A DNA stretch of 64,000 bases, taken from positions 124,001 through 188,000 of the IMG/VR virus record IMGVR_UViG_3300045921_000730; one strand, given 5' to 3'. Every line of letters begins with the position of its first letter. Within the stretch, counting starts at the first letter, position 1. Position numbers and translations under genes: made by a program. The notes under the pieces were generated by a model, which worked only from the letters and a program-made list of their open reading frames with translations, did no database searches and had not been told where the DNA came from. Positions 59,061 to 64,000 of this stretch are shown one piece after another.

Positions 59061-62000
59061 ATGGCTAATAAAATTTTACTTAAGCGTTCTGCTACGCCAA
59101 ATGCAGTTCCGACAGCAGCGCAGTTAGAATATGGTGAATTAGCAATTAACTATAACGTTGCTGATCGCAAAATATTCTTCAAAGACTCTGCTAATAATAT
59201 CGTAACATTGGCAACAGCTGATGATACACTTATCAGACTCGATAACCTTCTTGCTGCAACATCTACAAATACAATTAACAACGGCAACTATGCGCAAGTA
59301 TGGAATTGGGCATTAACAGGCTCTAACGTAACAGCATTCACAATCGGTGAAAACACAGCTGCTACAAACCCAAGTACGTTATTTGCTGTTAAGACACTTA
59401 CAGGCTCTGATGCAGACCCATTCGTTGTGTCCATTGGTTCAAATCAACTAATTCGTGTCAAAGCTTCGGGTGAAATTGATATTGTGGGTCGACCAAGCTC
59501 AGGTGCAGCTGGTGATATTATTATTGCCGCTGGTGATTCGACTGGTGGCGCTGGTGGTGATCTAAGCCTTCAAGGTGGTGATGGTGTAACAGGCGGTGTT
59601 GTTGAAATCATTGGTGGTCAAGGTTCAAACACAGCCGGTAACGTCAACATCGTTGCTGGTGCAAACACAGGTTCCAATGCCGGTGGTACATTAACATTAG
59701 CATCAGGCACATCAACATCTGGTAACGGTGGTGCAATCAGCGTTACAACAGCAGGTGGTGTTGCTGGTGGTGCAATGACATTTACAACAGGTAATGGTAG
59801 CACAGGTAACGGCGGTAACGTTACGTTTACAACTGGTAACTCAACATCTGGCAACGCTGGTAACTTTACAATTAACTTAGGTTCTGGTGGTGGTTCACAA
59901 GGTATATTCAATGTTGTACAGAACAACAACTCACGTTTAACTGTTGATGCTGATGGTCAAGTTGGTGTTAACATAGCAAACCCAACAGAAGCATTGCACG
60001 TATCAGGCAACATTCGCTTAACAGGCTCTGTAAAGTTCGCTGATGGTGATCAAACAGGTTCCACACTTGGCGGCTTGAGCAACGTTGCAGCAGCTGTTGA
60101 TACTGCTCCTAACCTCTCAGTACTACAGAGAGTATCTGGTCAGTGGGTTGCAACTACCAAAACAACATTGTTAGAACTTGATGATCTTACTGATATTAAC
60201 ATCGGTACACCAACAACTGGTCAGGTTCTTTATTATTCAGGTACAGACTGGATCAACCAGACGCTTGTTATTGCTAACATTTCTGGTTTACAAACAGCTC
60301 TTAATGGTAAGTTGAGCTTGTCTGGCGGTACAATGACAGGTCCATTGATCCTTTCTGGTGCTCCTTCAGATCCAAATGAGGCAACTACAAAAACATATGT
60401 TGACAATGCTGTTGCAACAACTCAAACAAACCTAACAAACCACATTAACGATCAGGCACTACACCTAACAGCTAGCCAGAACACGTTCTTGGATAACTTC
60501 GACTATGTTGACGTCAACAGCGCCTCTACTGGTGATGTTATTCAGTGGAATGGTACACAGTGGGTTGCAAGTCCTCCTGTAACAAACTTGGATGGTTTGT
60601 CCGATGTTATTATTACAACACCTACAGCATCTCAAGTTCTACGTTATAATGGCTCTAACTGGGTTAATGCAGCTCTAGTTGCAGCAGACATTTCTAACTT
60701 CAACACAGCAGTAACAACACAAGTCAACTCATTGCTCGGTTCAGTAGTACAAGCTTATGATGCTGATTTGGCTGCATTGGCTGCTATTGCAACAACAGGT
60801 ATCTATGTAATTACAGGTTCAGGTACATCTGTAACACGTGATATTCTAGGTACAGCAGGCCGTGTTGTTGTAACAAACGGCTCGGGTGTTAGCGGTAATC
60901 CAACTATTGATCTAGCTGGTGTAACAAACAGTAACACAGGTACCTTCCAAAAGGTTGATGTTGATGCTTATGGTCGTGTAACTGGTCATATTCCAGTTGT
61001 TCAGGCAGACATTACAACTCTTGTTGATAGCGTATATGTAAACGCTAGCGGCGATACAATGTCTGGTATTCTTAATATGGGCAGCAACAGAATTACCGGT
61101 GTTGCCAATGCAACTACCGGTACTGATGCCGTTTCGCGTGATTATGGTGATACACGTTATCTACAATTAAGTGGCGGCACAATGACTGGCTTCTTGACGT
61201 TGAATGCAGATCCAACAGCAGCGTTGCATGCAGCCACAAAAGCATATGTCGATGCTGTTGCACAAGGCTTAAAGGTTAAGGCAGCAGTTCGTGCAGCAAC
61301 AACTGGTAACATCACATTATCTGGTCTACAAACAGTTGATGGTGTTTCGTTGGTAGCTGGTGATCGCGTCTTGGTTCGTGCTCAAACAGACCAAACCGAA
61401 AACGGCATTTACGTTGTAAGTGCAGGTACATGGACACGCTCGACAGATGCTGATACAGGTGCAAAACTAGTTTCTGCATTCGTGTTTGTTGAATCTGGTA
61501 CAATATACGCTGATGTTGGTTTTGTACAAACAACTGACTCGCCAATCACACTTGGCACAAGCCCAATCGTTTGGACACAATTCTCTGGCGCTGGTACATA
61601 CGTTGCTGGTGCAGGTTTGACATTAACAGGCAACATATTTGATGTTGGTACGGCATCTCCTTCACGCATCGTTGTAAATGCTAATGACATTGACTTGGCA
61701 ACAACAGGCGTAACACCAGGTTCATACAACTATATTACAGTTGATGCATATGGTCGTGCAACAACGGCTGTAAATCGCACATTAACTGCTGGTTCATCAA
61801 AGGTCACCATTACAAACGGTAACTTCTCTGGTGATCCAACAATCGATGTAGTTGAATCTAATATTCTCATTAACAACCTTGGTGGCGGCCCACTATCGAT
61901 TGCTAATGGTGGTACAGGTCAAACTACTGCTTCTGCAGCTGCTCAAACATTCTTGGGTACAGTTCTAACCGCAAAGGGCGATCTGTTAACACGCACTAAC

Positions 62001-62111
62001 ACAAACAGCGTTGCACTACCGGTCGGTCCAAACGGTTATATCCTTAAAGCCAACTCAGCAACCACTACTGGTCTTGAGTGGAGCGATACTATCGACGGCG
62101 GTAATTTCTAA
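59061..62111 (+). CDS. Fibre protein (1016 aa)
   Basis: N-terminal ILLKRS..PNAVPT..QLEYGELAIN, Gly-rich 14-16-aa repeats, LSGGTMTG...ATK.YVD modules; ends IDGGNF. Confidence 0.8.
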   Translation: MANKILLKRSATPNAVPTAAQLEYGELAINYNVADRKIFFKDSANNIVTLATADDTLIRLDNLLAATSTNTINNGNYAQVWNWALTGSNVTAFTIGENTAATNPSTLFAVKTLTGSDADPFVVSIGSNQLIRVKASGEIDIVGRPSSGAAGDIIIAAGDSTGGAGGDLSLQGGDGVTGGVVEIIGGQGSNTAGNVNIVAGANTGSNAGGTLTLASGTSTSGNGGAISVTTAGGVAGGAMTFTTGNGSTGNGGNVTFTTGNSTSGNAGNFTINLGSGGGSQGIFNVVQNNNSRLTVDADGQVGVNIANPTEALHVSGNIRLTGSVKFADGDQTGSTLGGLSNVAAAVDTAPNLSVLQRVSGQWVATTKTTLLELDDLTDINIGTPTTGQVLYYSGTDWINQTLVIANISGLQTALNGKLSLSGGTMTGPLILSGAPSDPNEATTKTYVDNAVATTQTNLTNHINDQALHLTASQNTFLDNFDYVDVNSASTGDVIQWNGTQWVASPPVTNLDGLSDVIITTPTASQVLRYNGSNWVNAALVAADISNFNTAVTTQVNSLLGSVVQAYDADLAALAAIATTGIYVITGSGTSVTRDILGTAGRVVVTNGSGVSGNPTIDLAGVTNSNTGTFQKVDVDAYGRVTGHIPVVQADITTLVDSVYVNASGDTMSGILNMGSNRITGVANATTGTDAVSRDYGDTRYLQLSGGTMTGFLTLNADPTAALHAATKAYVDAVAQGLKVKAAVRAATTGNITLSGLQTVDGVSLVAGDRVLVRAQTDQTENGIYVVSAGTWTRSTDADTGAKLVSAFVFVESGTIYADVGFVQTTDSPITLGTSPIVWTQFSGAGTYVAGAGLTLTGNIFDVGTASPSRIVVNANDIDLATTGVTPGSYNYITVDAYGRATTAVNRTLTAGSSKVTITNGNFSGDPTIDVVESNILINNLGGGPLSIANGGTGQTTASAAAQTFLGTVLTAKGDLLTRTNTNSVALPVGPNGYILKANSATTTGLEWSDTIDGGNF

Positions 62112-62131
62112 TTTTGAATTAGAAAGGTTAG

Positions 62132-62158
62132 AAGGGGAGCTTCTAGCTCCCCTTTTTT
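62132..62158 (+). terminator. Intrinsic terminator
   Basis: AAGGGGAGCT-TCT-AGCTCCCCTT-TTTT. Confidence 0.85.
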
Positions 62159-62224
62159 ATTGAACATTTTCGTGAAGCAGACAAAAAACGATAAATATTA
62201 CACACAACTTTAAGGAGTTCAAAC

Positions 62225-64000
62225 ATGGCATATATTCCATTAAGCCGTAGAATTGTTGTACGTACAAGTGATAGTTTTGGTCAAATACCTACAACATCTG
62301 ACTTAGATTTTGGCGAAATTGGTATTAATACTGATGACGGCAAAATGTACATTAAACGTGATACTGGTGTTGTCGAAATTGTTACACCCTATGTTAATGT
62401 ACCACAATCTTTAGGTTATACACCAGTAAATCGTGCTGGTGATACATTAACAGGATTTTTAAATTTACATGCAGATCCACAACTATCAACACATGCTGCA
62501 ACAAAACAATATGTCGATAGCGTTGCTCAAGGTCTACACCCAAAACAATCGGTACGAGCAGCAACAACAGCCAACTTAAGTTCACTATCTGGACTTTTAA
62601 CAATTGACACTGTTACATTAAATCCGGGCGACAGAATCCTCGTAAAAGATCAAACTACAGGCTCTCAAAATGGTATATATATTGCATCAGCAGGAGCATG
62701 GTCGCGTGCTACTGACTTCGATGGCACACCACCAAATGAAGTAGAAAGCGGAAATTTTGTTTTTGTTCAACAAGGTTCAGTAAATGGTGGTTCAAGCTGG
62801 GTCCTTATTACTCCAGACCCAATCACAATCGGCGTCACATCTTTGACATTCACACAATTTAGCGGTGGTCAAACATATGGAGCAGGCGCTGGTCTTTCAT
62901 TGTCTGGAAATACATTTAGCATTGCATCGAATCCTGTAATTCCAGGTACGGGTGCCATAACTGTACCGATTGGAAATCAAGCACAGCGCCCAGGTTCACC
63001 AACAAATGGAATGATTCGTTTTAACACAGATTCGGGAAGATTTGAATTCTATGAAGCTGGCACGTGGATCAATTTTGCAACAGGTACAGGTTCACCAGGT
63101 GGAAGCAACACAGCTGTTCAATATAATAACAATGGTGACTTTGGTGGTTCTTCTAACTTTACGTGGAATATTGGCAGCAATACATTAACAATTGGTACAA
63201 ATGGTACAGTTTCGGTAAGAAATATTACAGGTCCTGCTGCTCTTTCATTAGACATTGCTGGTTCACCAGGTTTATCGAACAACGAAACAGGATATCCAGT
63301 AAATATTAAAGGTGGTCTTGGCGGTTCTGGTAATTCGAACACCGGAAACGTTAACATTTCAACACCAGCTCCAAACGGAACAGGCGTTGGAGGTTCTATT
63401 ACCTTTGAAACAAGTGGTGTTGCTCGTGCAGCCATTACAAATACCGGCGCATTTACTTGGGGTGGTTCTGCAGGAACGAGCGGTCAAGTACTAAAAACAA
63501 ATGGTAGTGGTTCTCCACCATCATGGTCTTCGTTGACAAGCGGTGACATATCCACGGCACTCGGTTACAATCCTGTAAACCGCGCTGGTGATACGATGAC
63601 AGGCTTCTTGACATTAAATGCAGATCCAACATCAGCACTTCACGCAGCAACAAAACAGTATGTCGACGAAGTTGCATCTGGCATTACTGTAAGACCAGCC
63701 GTAAAAGCAGCAACAACAACTAATTTATCAGCAACATATAATAACGGCACACTTGGCGTCGGAGCAACTTTGAATCTTGGTCCACTTGTAACATTGAACA
63801 TCGATGGTGTGATAACTTGGTCACAAGATGATGGCATTCTTGTAAAGAATCAAACAAATGCTGCTCACAACGGTCGTTATTACATTTCGCAAGTTGGCAA
63901 TGGTTCTACAGATTGGATTTTAACACGTTCTACCGTCTGTGATCAAGCAAGCGAAATTCCTGGCTCTTACGTTTTTGTTCAAGGAGGATCGCAAGTAGGC
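62225..64000 (+). CDS. Fibre protein, truncated by the window end
   Basis: GATAAATA at 62190, AAGGAG SD, MAYIPLSRRIVVRTS...LDFGEIGINTDDGKMYI (paralogous to the 59061 N-terminus); repeated LHADPT...AATKQYVD-type modules; not in the ORF track, consistent with no stop before the edge. Confidence 0.8.
   Translation, partial: MAYIPLSRRIVVRTSDSFGQIPTTSDLDFGEIGINTDDGKMYIKRDTGVVEIVTPYVNVPQSLGYTPVNRAGDTLTGFLNLHADPQLSTHAATKQYVDSVAQGLHPKQSVRAATTANLSSLSGLLTIDTVTLNPGDRILVKDQTTGSQNGIYIASAGAWSRATDFDGTPPNEVESGNFVFVQQGSVNGGSSWVLITPDPITIGVTSLTFTQFSGGQTYGAGAGLSLSGNTFSIASNPVIPGTGAITVPIGNQAQRPGSPTNGMIRFNTDSGRFEFYEAGTWINFATGTGSPGGSNTAVQYNNNGDFGGSSNFTWNIGSNTLTIGTNGTVSVRNITGPAALSLDIAGSPGLSNNETGYPVNIKGGLGGSGNSNTGNVNISTPAPNGTGVGGSITFETSGVARAAITNTGAFTWGGSAGTSGQVLKTNGSGSPPSWSSLTSGDISTALGYNPVNRAGDTMTGFLTLNADPTSALHAATKQYVDEVASGITVRPAVKAATTTNLSATYNNGTLGVGATLNLGPLVTLNIDGVITWSQDDGILVKNQTNAAHNGRYYISQVGNGSTDWILTRSTVCDQASEIPGSYVFVQGGSQVG

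Noticed and set aside
56405-61729. Longer antisense ORFs within fibre genes (e.g. 56405-56887, 59618-59929, 61409-61729)
   Set aside because: Expected from Gly/Thr/Val/Ala codon bias that removes antisense stops; no SD or promoter support.
46569-64000. Diversity-generating retroelement or invertible fibre cassette
   Set aside because: No reverse transcriptase or invertase in the window; repeat differences are mainly synonymous rather than adenine-specific; all fibre genes are co-oriented.
1-64000. Stop-codon reassignment, tRNA or rRNA genes
   Set aside because: Core genes are full length in the standard code and TAA, TGA and TAG all end ORFs; no cloverleaf or rRNA-like sequence was seen in the short intergenic gaps by eye.

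Overview
AT-rich 64-kb segment of a large T4-related (gp55/TATAAATA late-promoter) contractile-tailed phage genome, read in the standard genetic code. It holds the morphogenesis region: baseplate hub/wedge genes, gp55 late sigma, gp47/gp46, RuvC, a tail-chaperone pair and tape measure, portal-protease-scaffold-major capsid, neck, sheath, tube, head completion, terminases, and a >17-kb array of modular Gly/Thr-rich fibre genes. Highlights: (1) the large terminase is fractured into two genes carrying an atypically split intein (45-aa IntN, 111-aa IntC), with a nuclease gene between the halves; (2) that nuclease is one of five ORFs that fuse variable DNA-binding/nuclease modules to a conserved C-terminal domain resembling the Mom/GNAT fold, all inserted among core virion genes; (3) a clear -1 frameshift signal (T TTT TTT, 7-nt spacer, 11-bp stem) joins the gp26-like and gp51-like ORFs next to the tape measure gene; (4) an in-frame, internally deleted TnpB and at least eight IS200/IS605-end-like hairpin remnants at gene ends and leaders; (5) two clusters of non-coding hairpins. 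All family assignments come from motif recognition by eye; no database search was run.
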